DNA from: Terriglobia bacterium
GTDB taxonomy: Bacteria > Acidobacteriota > Terriglobia > 2-12-FULL-54-10
Assembly: GCA_963666975.2 (NCBI GenBank)
Contig: CAXVYR010000002.1
Coordinates: 352,001-416,000 of the forward strand
Direction of reading: 5' to 3'
DNA length: 64,000 nucleotides
This document shows positions 1-11,846 of the stretch, one piece after another. Both the position numbers and the translations under genes were made by a program. The notes beneath the pieces were generated by a model. That model saw only the letters and a list, made by a program, of their open reading frames with translations. It was not told where the DNA came from and searched no databases. Position 1 is the first letter of the stretch; every line of letters begins with the position of its first letter.

Positions 1-1
1 A

Positions 2-1534
2 GTAACGCAGAGCGCCGATGGCGATCTGTGTGGCGATGCGCTTCCGAAATTCACTGGATTCCTCCGGGTGGCGCGACTCCACTTCCCGAAGCGCCTCGGC
101 AATCAGCCGGTCCACCAGATCGTCCGCCTTGATCCCCAGTCCCTTTCTGCCGGAGACCTCCACGTAGGGCCGCTTCCGGTCTTCCGGGCTCAAATCAATG
201 CCCATCTCGGCGCAGCAGCGAGGCGAGAGCGCCACCATCTCGTAAGAAAAATGAATGGAGCGATCCGCCTGTTGCTCAAAGCCCAGGGCGCGGAGGCCCT
301 GCTCAACGATGTTCTGCAGGTAGGATTGCCGCACGTCGATGACGTTGTAAACCTTCTGGCCCCGGCCAAAGGCGGGAACAGAGTTGCCTGCCGCCTGCGT
401 GCCGCTGACCCAGAGGATGTGGCCGTTTGGATAAGTATGAAAGGGCTGGTAGTGGAAGTCTTTTCCAAGCAGTCCGAATTTCCATAGCTGGTAGGCGATG
501 TCCTTGCCGACGTAAGTGACGGTGCCGTTGGAGCGCACAATCACTTTGTTGTCTTCCGGGTCGCGGGCCTGCCCGGCATCGGCTTCGGCATCGTCCTTGG
601 AGATTTCATTCGCGCCCGGCTGGCGCATCACCCAGCAACCTTTATTTTTACCCTCCGTCTCCAGGTAGATGGCGCCCTTCTCGCGGAGCAGATCGAAGGC
701 TTTCTCCCAGAACCGCAGGTGGAGGATTTCGCTTTCGCGCGGCAGCAGGTCGTAGCCCACGTTGAGGCGCAGCATGGTCGCGATGTGGCAGCGCACGATA
801 GCCGTCGAGACCATCTCGGCCACCCGCGCAGCCGCTTGCTCCCCTCCTTCAATCTCCTGCAAGGTCCGTCCGCGCAGCTCCAGCCGGGAAGCATCCTCTT
901 CGTAAAAACGTGTGATGCTGGCGTAGAGGTCCCAGCAATAGTAGTCAAAGCGCACGGAAGGGTCCCCAAGCAGCCGCGCCACCTCTTGCTCCGTTTTGCG
1001 TTGCAGGTAGAGAAACCCCACCACCACGTCGGCCACCTGGACACCTGTGTTGTCAATGTAGTTTTGCACCTCGACAAGCTCCCCGCGAGAACGCAGCAGG
1101 CGAACGAAGGTGTCGCCCAGGGCGGCGTTGCGCAGGTGCCCGATGTGCGCCGCCTTGTTAGGGTTGATGTTGGTGTGTTCGACGATTGTCTTTTTCCCCG
1201 CTGCCGCCGAGGGCGCCGGAACCGCGCCCTTAAGGGAAGACGCAAGCTGGGTGGCGTAGGCGGGGCGGTCCAGATACAGGTTCACGTAGCCCGCGCCCGC
1301 GATCTCCACGTTCGCAACCCCGGAAACCGGGCGGAGCGCCGCAGCGATCTCCTCGGCTATCTGGCGCGGCGGCCTGCGGAGCTTCCGGGCCAGCTCCATC
1401 GCCAGCGGAAGAGCCAGGTCGCCCATCGCCGGACGCGGAGGCTGGTTCGCGATGACGTTCACATCCAACTCGTACTGCCGGAGGGCGAACTCGCGGACGG
1501 CTTGTTTGATCCGTGCTTGCGTGGCGAGGTACAA
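2..1534 (-). CDS. argS: Arginine--tRNA ligase (3' end runs off window)
   Basis: Manual translation from TTG at 1534 (AAGGAG upstream) gives IVEHTNINPNKAAHIGHLRNAALGDTFVRLLR (class I HIGH motif), VQNYIDNTGVQVAD and IVRSNGTVTYVGKDIAYQLWKFG. Not in the ORF track because it is open at the window edge. Confidence 0.95.
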   Translation of the reverse strand, partial: MYLATQARIKQAVREFALRQYELDVNVIANQPPRPAMGDLALPLAMELARKLRRPPRQIAEEIAAALRPVSGVANVEIAGAGYVNLYLDRPAYATQLASSLKGAVPAPSAAAGKKTIVEHTNINPNKAAHIGHLRNAALGDTFVRLLRSRGELVEVQNYIDNTGVQVADVVVGFLYLQRKTEQEVARLLGDPSVRFDYYCWDLYASITRFYEEDASRLELRGRTLQEIEGGEQAAARVAEMVSTAIVRCHIATMLRLNVGYDLLPRESEILHLRFWEKAFDLLREKGAIYLETEGKNKGCWVMRQPGANEISKDDAEADAGQARDPEDNKVIVRSNGTVTYVGKDIAYQLWKFGLLGKDFHYQPFHTYPNGHILWVSGTQAAGNSVPAFGRGQKVYNVIDVRQSYLQNIVEQGLRALGFEQQADRSIHFSYEMVALSPRCCAEMGIDLSPEDRKRPYVEVSGRKGLGIKADDLVDRLIAEALREVESRHPEESSEFRKRIATQIAIGALRY

Positions 1535-1688
1535 CTGCCTTGCTCCTTACCCGTTTTGAAAAAAATCGAGTATAGCACGTTGCCTGCGGAAGGCCGGGAA
1601 GTGCCGCGTGAAAAGCGGCATGGCGGCTGGGCTTGCAAGTTTAGGTAGATTTCTACGTGCTGCGGGAAAGAGATTTTTCTTCCGGAAG

Positions 1689-1856
1689 CTACTGCAACGG
1701 CTCGCTGCACACTCTGCACCGCTCCCTGCGCTTGGCGTTGAGGGAACCGCAGTGATGGCAGCGGTTGTACATTCTGCTCGCGAACAGTTGCGTCACCACG
1801 GCGCTCAAGCCGAGTATGCCCGCGAAGAACAGCAGGTTGATGAGTGTCTCACCCAT
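1689..1856 (-). CDS. Small (55 aa) membrane-anchored zinc-ribbon protein
   Basis: MGETLINLLFFAGILGLSAVVTQLFASRMYNRCHHCGSLNAKRRERCRVCSEPLQ: one hydrophobic helix plus CxxC-x10-CxxC. Below the ORF-track cutoff; co-oriented with argS. Confidence 0.7.
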   Translation of the reverse strand: MGETLINLLFFAGILGLSAVVTQLFASRMYNRCHHCGSLNAKRRERCRVCSEPLQ

Positions 1857-1996
1857 CTTCTAATTGTAATACGTGATTGTAACAAGTGATTGCAAAAGGA
1901 GATTTCAGCGCGCTTACCGAGATGCGCACCATCTAATATCTTCCGGCGAAAGGCGCTCTCCGCCGGTTTTCGTTTTCTGTTCTTGGAGTGGAGATA

Positions 1997-2466
1997 CTAC
2001 CGAATCGCCCCGGGTTTCCCCAGCAGGCGGCGCAACAGTCCGATTTGTCCGATGTGGTAGGCTTCGTGGAATTGCAGGAAGGCCAGCCGCTGACCCACCG
2101 TCTCTTTCGCGTGAGACGCGGCCAAGTCGGCTTCCGTGGTGCGCTCCAAGGCGGCGAGGATCGTATCCTGGGAGTCATCGAAGGCGGCGAGAATCTCCTC
2201 CAATGGCTGAGCCTCGGATGTATCGGCAACGGGTTGCGAGCCGCGCTGATAGCGTGATGCCGCCTTCTCGTTCCAAACGGGCGGCTCGCCGAGCAGGCCT
2301 AATGCGTTGTTCCTGCTCCAAACGATGTGCCCCAGAACCCAGTTGAGACAGTTCCCGCCGGGCAGCGGAGAAAAAAGGCTGTCACACTGTGCGTGATTCC
2401 CTCGACGTTGAGATGAAGGCGGGAGTGAGCCGCCTCAAACAGCATGGCTAGAGTTGCAGTATCCAT
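1997..2466 (-). pseudogene. DinB/YfiT-family protein with a 2-nt (GT) duplication frameshift near 2385
   Basis: Removing one GT from CACAGTGTGACAGC joins MDTATLAMLF...EGITHS to DSLFSPLPGGNCLNWVLGHIV...FLQFHEAYHIGQIGLLRRLLGK, which carries the DinB His triad. Confidence 0.75.
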
Positions 2467-3455
2467 TACGCTTCCTTTCTCCCGGCACGACGTTCCCCCT
2501 GCAATACAAATGCCCCGGTGCTATAAAAAATATTCATCACTAGATTCTCCTTGCAGCGGCTATTGCCTTACGCTATTCAGGCTGCGTGCTGGTTTAGGGG
2601 ACTATGGCCATCACCGAAGGGAAAGATCAAAAACGGCCATTAGGAAGGAAAGGTCCGAGTAGAGATCCCGATTCACCCGTTCAGGTTATTCCATCTGTCT
2701 TTGATGTCCCTTACGATCAGGCCGCGCATCCGCTCTGTCCATCCCGGACATTCCCCGCAACAGCCTGAACGTATTTCTTAAATCCAGTTTCCCGAAAAAA
2801 GTGACGGAATTTACATGATCCGCCCACAGGTCTCGGTTGCATTGGCAGCGATCCGTATGCTGCTTCTATTCGCCTTGCGGCACACGGTATTTTGCCACTG
2901 TCATAGAAGACAGCCTAGCTTATTTTCCAGCGCTGTCATGCAAGTCAACGCATGTCAAATGACTGGCAATGAAACCAAAAACCTAGGCAAACAATCCAAA
3001 TATTTCTGCCAAATGCTGAATTCATTTTTAACACATTTCTCAATAGAAACAGATTAGACGCAGATTAATTATTACTAAACCACCGGCACAGAAATCAGGA
3101 CCGCAGGTCATTCGCTTTTCACTTCGGCAGCTACGAAATGCCGTTTTGGGGAACCGTGCAGCGGCAAGCCATGAAGCTATCAAACCGGGGCGTCACACTG
3201 CAAAAGTCGCAGCATCGAAATTACATCGGAGAGATGAGGTGAGCGCCGCCCACCGTGTGCTGCTCAAGGTAAGACCGTCAGGATTGACAGCCACAGATGT
3301 TGGGCGTACAGTCCAAAACAGGAGCATAAGGAAATGAAGGTTGTCATTCGCGGGCAGCGGCGGCGGACAACAGATGCAGCGCTCGGGCAGGAAAGTTGCC
3401 AGGTAAATTCGGGGCTAAATACAGGAATACTGACCATCTGAACGGAGGGAGTTTT

Positions 3456-4154
3456 ATGAAGGTCGATAAGGCAGGTTTATTTTGGGGGATGACTTTGGCT
3501 ATTACGCTTGTGGCGTCGCAGATCGCTTGCCAGCAGACAGGCGGCCCGGCCGATGACGCCATGGAGTCCGGAGCATACGCCGGAGATTCTGCCGCTTCGG
3601 CAGGCGGCAGCGAGCGTGCCGCGCCACAGCCCCGCTCGGCAACGCTGGCGGCGGGAACCGCGCTGAGAATCCGCACCACGAGCGAGATCAGCACGGACTC
3701 GAGCCAGTCCGGAGAAAGTTTCACCGCCACGCTCGAAGAACCGCTGGTCGAAGGCACTTGGGTAGTTGCTCCCCAAGGCTCGACGGTGGAGGGACGAATC
3801 GTCGAAGCCGATCAAGGCGGCCGAGTGCAAGGCGTCGCCCGGCTCGCCATCGAGCTCACGCAGTTGCACACGGCGGACGGCCAGACGATCGAAATTTCCT
3901 CGAACACCGTCGCCGTGGAAGCAGATACCACCAAAAAAGATGACGCCACGAAGATCGCCATCGGCAGCGGAATCGGCGCAGCCATTGGAGCCATTGTCGG
4001 CGGAAAAAAGGGCGCGGGAATCGGCGCGGCTACCGGCGCGGGCGCCGGCACGGGCGTTGTTCTGGCCACTCGGGGGGATGCGGCGGTTATCGGCAGTGAG
4101 ACCGTGCTGGACTTCGAGTTGCAGTCTCCGGTCACGATCACAGAAAGCAATTAA
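3456..4154 (+). CDS. Putative lipoprotein with a TrbI/VirB10-like beta domain and glycine zipper
   Basis: Signal peptide ending in QIAC; LAAGTALRIRTTSEIST...GESFTATLEEPL; GSGIGAAIGAIVGGKKGAGIGA zipper; GGAGGGAG RBS. Confidence 0.7.
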   Translation: MKVDKAGLFWGMTLAITLVASQIACQQTGGPADDAMESGAYAGDSAASAGGSERAAPQPRSATLAAGTALRIRTTSEISTDSSQSGESFTATLEEPLVEGTWVVAPQGSTVEGRIVEADQGGRVQGVARLAIELTQLHTADGQTIEISSNTVAVEADTTKKDDATKIAIGSGIGAAIGAIVGGKKGAGIGAATGAGAGTGVVLATRGDAAVIGSETVLDFELQSPVTITESN

Positions 4155-4299
4155 GCAGCCTGCCGAATCGATTTCCTTGCCGCCGCATGCTGCGGCAATT
4201 CCTGTCGCGGGTGGATTTGCGAATTCTCCAACACCGGAGCCGATCCTGGAGCCCACACTGGAGAATGACCCACAGCGGAGACGAATCATCACAGACGAC

Positions 4300-5244
4300 A
4301 TGAGCGCCTCTCCCCGCCGGACCGGGAACTCCCGTCTATCGCGAAACGCCCGCAACCGGACCGGCGCTGTCCCGTCAACGGAGCGACCGCATCCATCGAG
4401 CGCAGCGATAGACGCTCAAGACACTACCGGCATCCTCCGCACAATTCAGAAGCAAGACGCCGGAGTCCCTGCCGCAGTCAAACGGCAAATTCCGAACATT
4501 GCCAGAGCCGTAGAGGCGGTTACAAAGGCCCTGCGCATGGGCGGGCGGCTGATCTACGTCGGGGCCGGCACCAGCGGGCGAATCGGCATGATGGACGCGG
4601 CAGAATGTCCTCCCACCTTCGGCACAGACAGCGAGATGGTGCAGGCCGTGATGGCCGGCGGCTCCCGTGCACTGACCCGGGCGCTGGAAGGCTCCGAGGA
4701 TGACCGAACGCAGGGCCGCCGCGACCTGGCCGCCCGAAAGGTTGGCCCTCGCGACGTAGTAGTCGGACTCACCGCCAGCGGCCGAACGCCTTACACGCTT
4801 GCGGCGCTGAGCTACGCCCGTTCGCGGCGGGCTGCAACCGTGGCGGTCACCTGCAACCCCGGCTCGCCCGCCACTCGCGCCGCCCGCATTGCCATTGTCC
4901 CCGCCACAGGCCCGGAGGTAATTGCAGGCTCCACGCGCATGAAGGCTGCGCTGGCACAGAAAATGGTCTTGCACATGATCTCCACCGCCGCCATGGTTCG
5001 TCTGGGCCGTGTTTACCGCAACTACATGGTTGAGGTTCGCCCCACCAATAAAAAACTGCTGGAGAGGGCTCGTTCCATTGTCGGAACTGTGACGGGAGCG
5101 GACCGCCAAACCGCAGCCTCGACGCTGGAGCGCGCCGGGAAAGACGTCAAGCTGGCAATCGTGATGTTGCAGTGCGGCCTCGCCCGCCCGGCAGCAGACA
5201 AGCTGCTGCGCCGCCACCGCCGCGATCTGCGCGCAATCGGCTAG
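4300..5244 (+). CDS. murQ: N-acetylmuramic acid 6-phosphate etherase
   Basis: GGRLIYVGAGTSGRIGMMDAAECPPTFG, GLTASGRTPY and GPEVIAGSTRMKA motifs; start site approximate. Confidence 0.93.
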   Translation: MSASPRRTGNSRLSRNARNRTGAVPSTERPHPSSAAIDAQDTTGILRTIQKQDAGVPAAVKRQIPNIARAVEAVTKALRMGGRLIYVGAGTSGRIGMMDAAECPPTFGTDSEMVQAVMAGGSRALTRALEGSEDDRTQGRRDLAARKVGPRDVVVGLTASGRTPYTLAALSYARSRRAATVAVTCNPGSPATRAARIAIVPATGPEVIAGSTRMKAALAQKMVLHMISTAAMVRLGRVYRNYMVEVRPTNKKLLERARSIVGTVTGADRQTAASTLERAGKDVKLAIVMLQCGLARPAADKLLRRHRRDLRAIG

Positions 5245-5484
5245 AGCGGTTTACATAATGGTGTAGAGACTCGTATTCGTTGGTTCTGCTGTCAGGGCAC
5301 GGTTTCAACCGTGCCGTCACCCGGATCACGACAGTGCCTTCAGCCGCCGAGGTCGGGGTTGAATCGCTGGAACACACAGCGTTCAAAACTCACCTCAGGC
5401 GTTAAAGCGCACTTGGCTGGAGAGCGTTTCGGCACGGCTGAATCCGTGCCCTGGCGAAATACACAATTCGTAAAAACGGCCTAA
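5241..5484. repeat. REP-containing MITE-like element 1
   Basis: Inverted pair CAGGGCACGGTTTCAACCGTGCCG / CGGCACGGCTGAATCCGTGCCCTG. Left end CTAGAGCGGTTTACATAATGGTGTAGAGACTCG resembles the left end at 13638; its TAG is the murQ stop codon. Confidence 0.7.
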
Positions 5485-5506
5485 CCTCCGTCTCAGTATT
5501 CTGCAT

Positions 5507-6718
5507 ATGACCCTGCTGGCAATCACGGCGAAGAAACTTTTCACCCCCAGGGAAATAATCAAAGAAGGCATGGTGGTGATCGACGAGGGCGTGATCCGCA
5601 GTGTTGGGTCTCGGGAAGAACTGACGGTGCCAGCGGCGGCACGTCTGGTGGACTTGGGCGACCGGATTCTGGCTCCCGGCTTTGTGGACGTTCACATCCA
5701 CGGAGGCGGAGGCCACGACGTGATGGAGGCCACGCGGGAGGCCTTGGAAACCGTCGCCGCTATGGTCTTGCGGCACGGAACTACATGCTTTGTTCCCACC
5801 ACGCTGACGGCGGCTCCGCCGGTCTTGTCGAAATCGCTCGAAGGTCTAGGGTCCCTGATCCGGTCCTGGAAAAATCGGGGAGCCAAAACGCCCGCCCCAG
5901 GCGGCCTACTCGCCGAGCCTGTGGGGATACATCTGGAAGGGCCGTTTCTGAGCGCGGAATGCCGGGGCGCGCACCCACCGGGTGATCTGCAAGCGCCTTC
6001 CTTGCCTTTGTTCCAGCAATTGCAGGAGGCGGCAGGAGGTTGTCTTCGAATCCTCACCTTGGCTCCGGAGCTGGAGGGAGCCACGGAACTCCAAGCGGCT
6101 GCCATCCGCAGCGGAGTCCGAGTAGGATTGGGCCACTCCAATGCGACCTTCCGGCAAACCGAGACTGCGATTGCAGCGGGCGCTTCCCACGCCGTCCATG
6201 TCTTTAACACCATGCGCCGCTTCGAGCACCGCGAGACGGGAATTCTGGGCGCGGTTCTGACCGACGACCGAGTGCAGGCAGAGGTGATCGCGGATGGAGT
6301 GCACGTCTCCGCGCCTGCCCTGCGATTGCTGGTTCGCGCCAAGGGAACCGCCAACATTATGTTGATCACCGACGGCGTCAGCGCTACCGGAATGGGTCCC
6401 GGCCAGTACCGGCTGGGAGAAATGGAAATTCATGTGGAGGACGATCCGCGCACCGGTTTGCCTTCATGCCGCAACACGGAAGGGAGGCTCGCCGGCAGTG
6501 TCCTGACCCAGGATCGCGCCATCCGAAACATGGTCGATTTTACTGACGTGACATTGTGCGAAGCGGTTAGAATGGCCAGTTTGAATCCGGCACGGGTTTT
6601 GGGAATCGAACATCGGAAGGGGTCCCTTCAACCGGGCGCCGACGCCGACATGGTGGTCTTGGAGCCGGGCGGCACCGTTATGGGAGCGATGGCGCGAGGG
6701 ACCGGCAACTTCTTATAG
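5507..6718 (+). CDS. nagA: N-acetylglucosamine-6-phosphate deacetylase
   Basis: [41 protein letters not shown] and ADGVHV motifs. Confidence 0.95.
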   Translation: MTLLAITAKKLFTPREIIKEGMVVIDEGVIRSVGSREELTVPAAARLVDLGDRILAPGFVDVHIHGGGGHDVMEATREALETVAAMVLRHGTTCFVPTTLTAAPPVLSKSLEGLGSLIRSWKNRGAKTPAPGGLLAEPVGIHLEGPFLSAECRGAHPPGDLQAPSLPLFQQLQEAAGGCLRILTLAPELEGATELQAAAIRSGVRVGLGHSNATFRQTETAIAAGASHAVHVFNTMRRFEHRETGILGAVLTDDRVQAEVIADGVHVSAPALRLLVRAKGTANIMLITDGVSATGMGPGQYRLGEMEIHVEDDPRTGLPSCRNTEGRLAGSVLTQDRAIRNMVDFTDVTLCEAVRMASLNPARVLGIEHRKGSLQPGADADMVVLEPGGTVMGAMARGTGNFL

Positions 6719-6786
6719 AGAAACTGGCGCTGTTACCGCGAGCAAGGCGGCGGCAAAAAAATCGGCGGAGGTAAACAAGCTCTGAT

Positions 6787-8085
<1,299 letters not shown>

Positions 8086-8149
8086 CACTTGTCCTCATTA
8101 CTGCTGGCGCAAGGAAGAAGGAAGTATGATATCGAGGGTGGGGAGCCGG

Positions 8150-9148
8150 TTATTCAGCCGACCGCGCGTGAATTCTGACTTGAACCAAGGTCGGGGCCAT
8201 CAATACAAGATCTGCAATCGAGGCAAATCCAGCACGGCTGAGAACTCTGTAGATTGTTCTCAGAACTCGAGGAGTGGTAGGAGCATAATTGTCGATCACG
8301 TTGACCGGCGCCACCTCTGAAGCATAGCCATCCTTTTCCAGGAGGAGATTTAAATGCTTTTCTACCTCCCTGGGATCGTTCCAGTCGGCCCGGTACGAAA
8401 TAATGCCGTCCTTTCCAATAATAGAAACAGAATTCGGCCTGGCGCCATAATCTCTATTCATTGTTCCTTCAAGGTCATCAATCAAAATCGTGCGTCCAAC
8501 TGTTTCTAGCCGTTTGAGATCGTTTGCGTTGTTCACTTTCTCTGAAAAACTCTTGTGCGCTGGATAGTTTTCTCCGGGGTGAGCCTCCCGCACATACAAT
8601 ATATAAAAATCAACGCTGCCCCTGTATGTTCTCGCTAATGATTCCATCACGGGAATCATATTGATAAAAGGCGGTCAAGTAACGCTTCCAAATTCAACAA
8701 CAATTGGCCTCTCCTTCCAGAGGTCGGAGAGCCTCACCTCGTCTCCCGCCAAGGAATAGAGCGTCTCATCCAACGCTTCTCCCCCTGGAGTCACGCGCCG
8801 CTCTTCCCCGCTCAGATAGTACGAATAGTGAAATCGAGGGTAGTTGTATACGGAAACCGATTCGTAGGGAAACAGAACACCTGAGGCAACAAACACGGCG
8901 AAAGCTGCAATATACCCAAGAGCAGTAGTCCCGACGCATGTCATTATCCAGCGGACCCAGCTTGCACGTGCCCGGACGATTAGGGAATACGTCGCCGCAA
9001 GCAGCGGGAGCAAAAGTAAATATACAAGGAATGCTTCATTGATGACGAGACGGTCGCTTTGCAGGAGAGACCATCCCACAACAAGCGCCATTGCAAGAGC
9101 AGCGCCCAAGGGGAAAGCCAAATATGGATTGCGCGTGATTCTTTTCAT
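8150..9148 (-). CDS. Membrane-anchored iodothyronine-deiodinase-like (thioredoxin fold) selenoprotein; UGA at 8675-8677 read as Sec
   Basis: ORFs 8675..9148 and 8150..8659 are in frame: PIVVEFGSVT-UGA-PPFINMIP matches the deiodinase FGSxTUPPF motif, followed by FYILYVREAHP and DYGARPN. A SECIS-like hairpin lies just downstream of the UGA. Confidence 0.85.
8638..8659 (-). promoter_or_regulatory. Candidate bacterial SECIS hairpin
   Basis: ATGATTCC-CGTGAT-GGAATCAT: perfect 8-bp stem with a G-containing loop, starting 15 nt 3' of the in-frame TGA. Confidence 0.7.
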
Positions 9149-9302
9149 TGTACTCTCCAGACAAAAGGCTGCATTAATTACACTGCCATATTCCGGCTCG
9201 TGTCAAGAATTTTTCAGCACAGCCAAGCAGGCGGGCAACTCTGCTGACCGGCCACCCTCTTTGGGCAGCGATGCATTTCCCCGGTTTGCCGAACCGCTCC
9301 GG

Positions 9303-10571
9303 TCAATAGAGCAGGTACTCGTTCCGCATCCTCAGGAAGGCGGCGTTCTCCCCCTGCCAGTCCCGGGCGATTCGCCGGGGATCGTCGCCGTTGCGTATCC
9401 GTTCGAGCGTAGATTGATTGCCGAGAGACCGGGCAATGTCCTCCAGACGGAACCGTCCGGGGTAAAGCGCATGGAGAGCCGAGGCGATCTCAATTCCCAT
9501 CGCAACAGGCCGGAGAGCATTGCGGTCCGTAATGAGGATGCGGACACCCTGGCAGGCCTCCCCCGCAAAGACCGAACCGGACGGGGTAAACCGGACGGGA
9601 AGAAAACGCACTCCCGGAAGGCTCCTCCGGTTGAGGTAAGCGGCCAGCTCGGTTGCCTGAAGCTCTGTTGCCTGAATCTTTGTTTCCTGAATCTTTGTTT
9701 CCTGAATCCAGGGCGCTCCGAGCAATTCAAACGGGCTGCCGGTTCCGCGGCCTACCGAGACGTTTGAGAATTCCAGCAAACCCACGCCGGGGTAGAGCGT
9801 CGCCTGGCTCAGGTTGCGAATATTCGGTGAAGGGTTGACCCAGCCCAGGCCGGTGGAGTCGTGCCAGTCGCCGCGATTCCATCCCTTCATGGCGATGACT
9901 TCGAGGTCCGCGCCGAGCTGCTGTTCTTCATTGAACATCCGAGCCATCTCGCCGACGGTCATGCCATGACGAACCGGCATGGAGAAGTAGGCGATAAAAG
10001 AGCGCGCTTCCGGGTCGAGCAGAGGCCCTTCCACCTGAAGGCCGGAGATTGGGTTGGGACGGTCGAGCACCACAAAACGGATTTTCGCGCGGGCTGCTGC
10101 CTCCATCGCGTAACCGAGCGTGGTGATGTAGGTGTAAAAGCGCGCTCCGACATCCTGAATGTCAAAGACCAAGGTATCGATTCCCCGCAACATCTCCGGT
10201 GTCGGACGGCGTGTCTTGCCGTACAGGCTGAAGACAGGGATTCCAGTCCCACTGTCCCGCCCGGAAGGAACGTCGCTCTCCTCGGAACGGGCGGTCAAAC
10301 CGTGTTCGGGGCTGAAGGCGGCCACCAATTCCACGCCAGGAGCGGCAGCGAAAATATCCAAGGACCGCCGCCCCTTGCGGTTGACGCCGGTGGCGTTGGT
10401 AATCAACCCAACGCGGCGGCCGCGCAGGGACCGGAATCGGTTCGCCTCCAGCACGTCAATCCCGGTCAGGACCTCAGCCTGGAGAGAACCCAGCAGTAAA
10501 ACGAAAACCCAGGGCAAAAGGATGGCAGGGAGCCTTGCAGTGCTTCCTCTCGGCCGGAATCGAAAATTCAC
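9303..10571 (-). CDS. namZ: Exo-beta-N-acetylmuramidase NamZ-like (DUF1343)
   Basis: VLTGIDVL, RVGLITNATG, FSPEHG, FDIQDVGARFYTY, VLDRPNP, RHGMTVGE, WVNPSPN and SVGRGT motifs; start uncertain. Confidence 0.85.
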   Translation of the reverse strand: MNFRFRPRGSTARLPAILLPWVFVLLLGSLQAEVLTGIDVLEANRFRSLRGRRVGLITNATGVNRKGRRSLDIFAAAPGVELVAAFSPEHGLTARSEESDVPSGRDSGTGIPVFSLYGKTRRPTPEMLRGIDTLVFDIQDVGARFYTYITTLGYAMEAAARAKIRFVVLDRPNPISGLQVEGPLLDPEARSFIAYFSMPVRHGMTVGEMARMFNEEQQLGADLEVIAMKGWNRGDWHDSTGLGWVNPSPNIRNLSQATLYPGVGLLEFSNVSVGRGTGSPFELLGAPWIQETKIQETKIQATELQATELAAYLNRRSLPGVRFLPVRFTPSGSVFAGEACQGVRILITDRNALRPVAMGIEIASALHALYPGRFRLEDIARSLGNQSTLERIRNGDDPRRIARDWQGENAAFLRMRNEYLLY

Positions 10572-10700
10572 CCTTCTTTTATTGCTTCTTTGATTGCTTC
10601 TTTTGTTGCTTCTGGGCACGACCGGTTGTAAATTCAGTCGGTGTAGATTGGGTTGAGGTTTCACAACTTTTTATTTTGGCCTAAATTCTGCGGGCAGGCT

Positions 10701-11846
10701 ATGCAAGATTTTGATCTCCCGGCACAAGACCCGGCACTTAAAAAGTTCAGCAAGGCCCTGGAAATTCTGAACACCGCCGTCCGGCAGCATGCATTCCCCG
10801 GCGCCGTGCTGGCCGCAGGTCACGAGGGCAGACTCGCCATCCTGTCCGCAGGAAGGCTGGACTACTCGAAAGAGTCCCCGCCGGCGACGGCTGAAACGAT
10901 TTACGACCTGGCTTCCCTGACAAAGCCGGTGGCTACAGCGACGGCCGCCATGATTTTGGCTGACCGGGGAATGCTGCGTCTGGATCGCCCTGTCGCCGAT
11001 TACCTTCCGGACTTTCTGCAGCCCTTTGTCACCAGCGTAGACCCTTTATACGACGCCCGGAACGAGGTAACCGTGCGGCATCTGCTGGCCCACACCTCCG
11101 GGCTGCCTGCCTATGAAAAGTTCTTTGTGAGGGCGCGGGAGAAGTCCCACGTTCTGGAAGAAGCGCTGGCATTGCCGCTGGAGGAAACTCCCGGAAGGAA
11201 AACTATATACAGTGATCCGGGCTTCATTTTGCTGGGGGAGATTGTGGAGCGCGCTTCCGGCGAGCGGCTGGACGCGTGGTGCAAAAAAGAGATTTTCGAG
11301 CCGCTCCGTATGCAGGACACTTGCTTCAACCCTGCTCAGGACAGGTGGCAGCAAATTGCGCCCACGGAGTTGGACGAGAGTTTCCGGAACCGCCTGATCC
11401 GCGGCGAAGTCCAGGATGAAAACGCATGGGTCATGGGCGGGGTGGCGGGACACGCCGGACTGTTCGGCACCGCCGGGGACATGGCATCCTTCTGCCGGAT
11501 GATGCTGCAAGAAGGAAAACCAGACGGCTCCCAGTTGGTGCAACCCACGACGATCCGGGAATTCACTCAGGCCGGCCATGTTGCGGAAGGAGCATTGCAA
11601 GAAGCATCAGGCCGGGGCCTGGGATGGGACAAACCGAGCGAGCCATCCTCCAGTGGCCGCTACTTTTCTCGCCGCTCGTACGGGCATCTCGGCTTCACGG
11701 GCACGTCGCTTTGGATTGACCCGCAGAAGGCCCTTTTCGTGATCCTGCTGACCAACCGGATTCACCCCAGCCGCTCGAACGAAGCGATCCGGCAGGTCCG
11801 CCCAGCCGTGCACGATGCTGTGGTGGAAGCCCTGGAATCCGGCTAA
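10701..11846 (+). CDS. Serine hydrolase, class C beta-lactamase-like (AmiE-like)
   Basis: YDLASLTK (SxxK), HLLAHTSGLP, YSD, GVAGHAGLF and GHLGFTGTSLWIDP motifs; divergent from namZ. Confidence 0.88.
   Translation: MQDFDLPAQDPALKKFSKALEILNTAVRQHAFPGAVLAAGHEGRLAILSAGRLDYSKESPPATAETIYDLASLTKPVATATAAMILADRGMLRLDRPVADYLPDFLQPFVTSVDPLYDARNEVTVRHLLAHTSGLPAYEKFFVRAREKSHVLEEALALPLEETPGRKTIYSDPGFILLGEIVERASGERLDAWCKKEIFEPLRMQDTCFNPAQDRWQQIAPTELDESFRNRLIRGEVQDENAWVMGGVAGHAGLFGTAGDMASFCRMMLQEGKPDGSQLVQPTTIREFTQAGHVAEGALQEASGRGLGWDKPSEPSSSGRYFSRRSYGHLGFTGTSLWIDPQKALFVILLTNRIHPSRSNEAIRQVRPAVHDAVVEALESG

Noticed and set aside
68-1648. Plus-strand ORFs of 139 and 309 aa
   Set aside because: Antisense shadows of argS with no motifs of their own.
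3766-4299. Long N-terminal extension of the murQ ORF
   Set aside because: Overlaps the lipoprotein gene in another frame; MurQ similarity begins only after about 4300.
8675-8677. TGA as a simple nonsense mutation (pseudogene)
   Set aside because: It falls exactly on the catalytic Sec/Cys position of the deiodinase motif and has a SECIS-like hairpin, so recoding is more likely.
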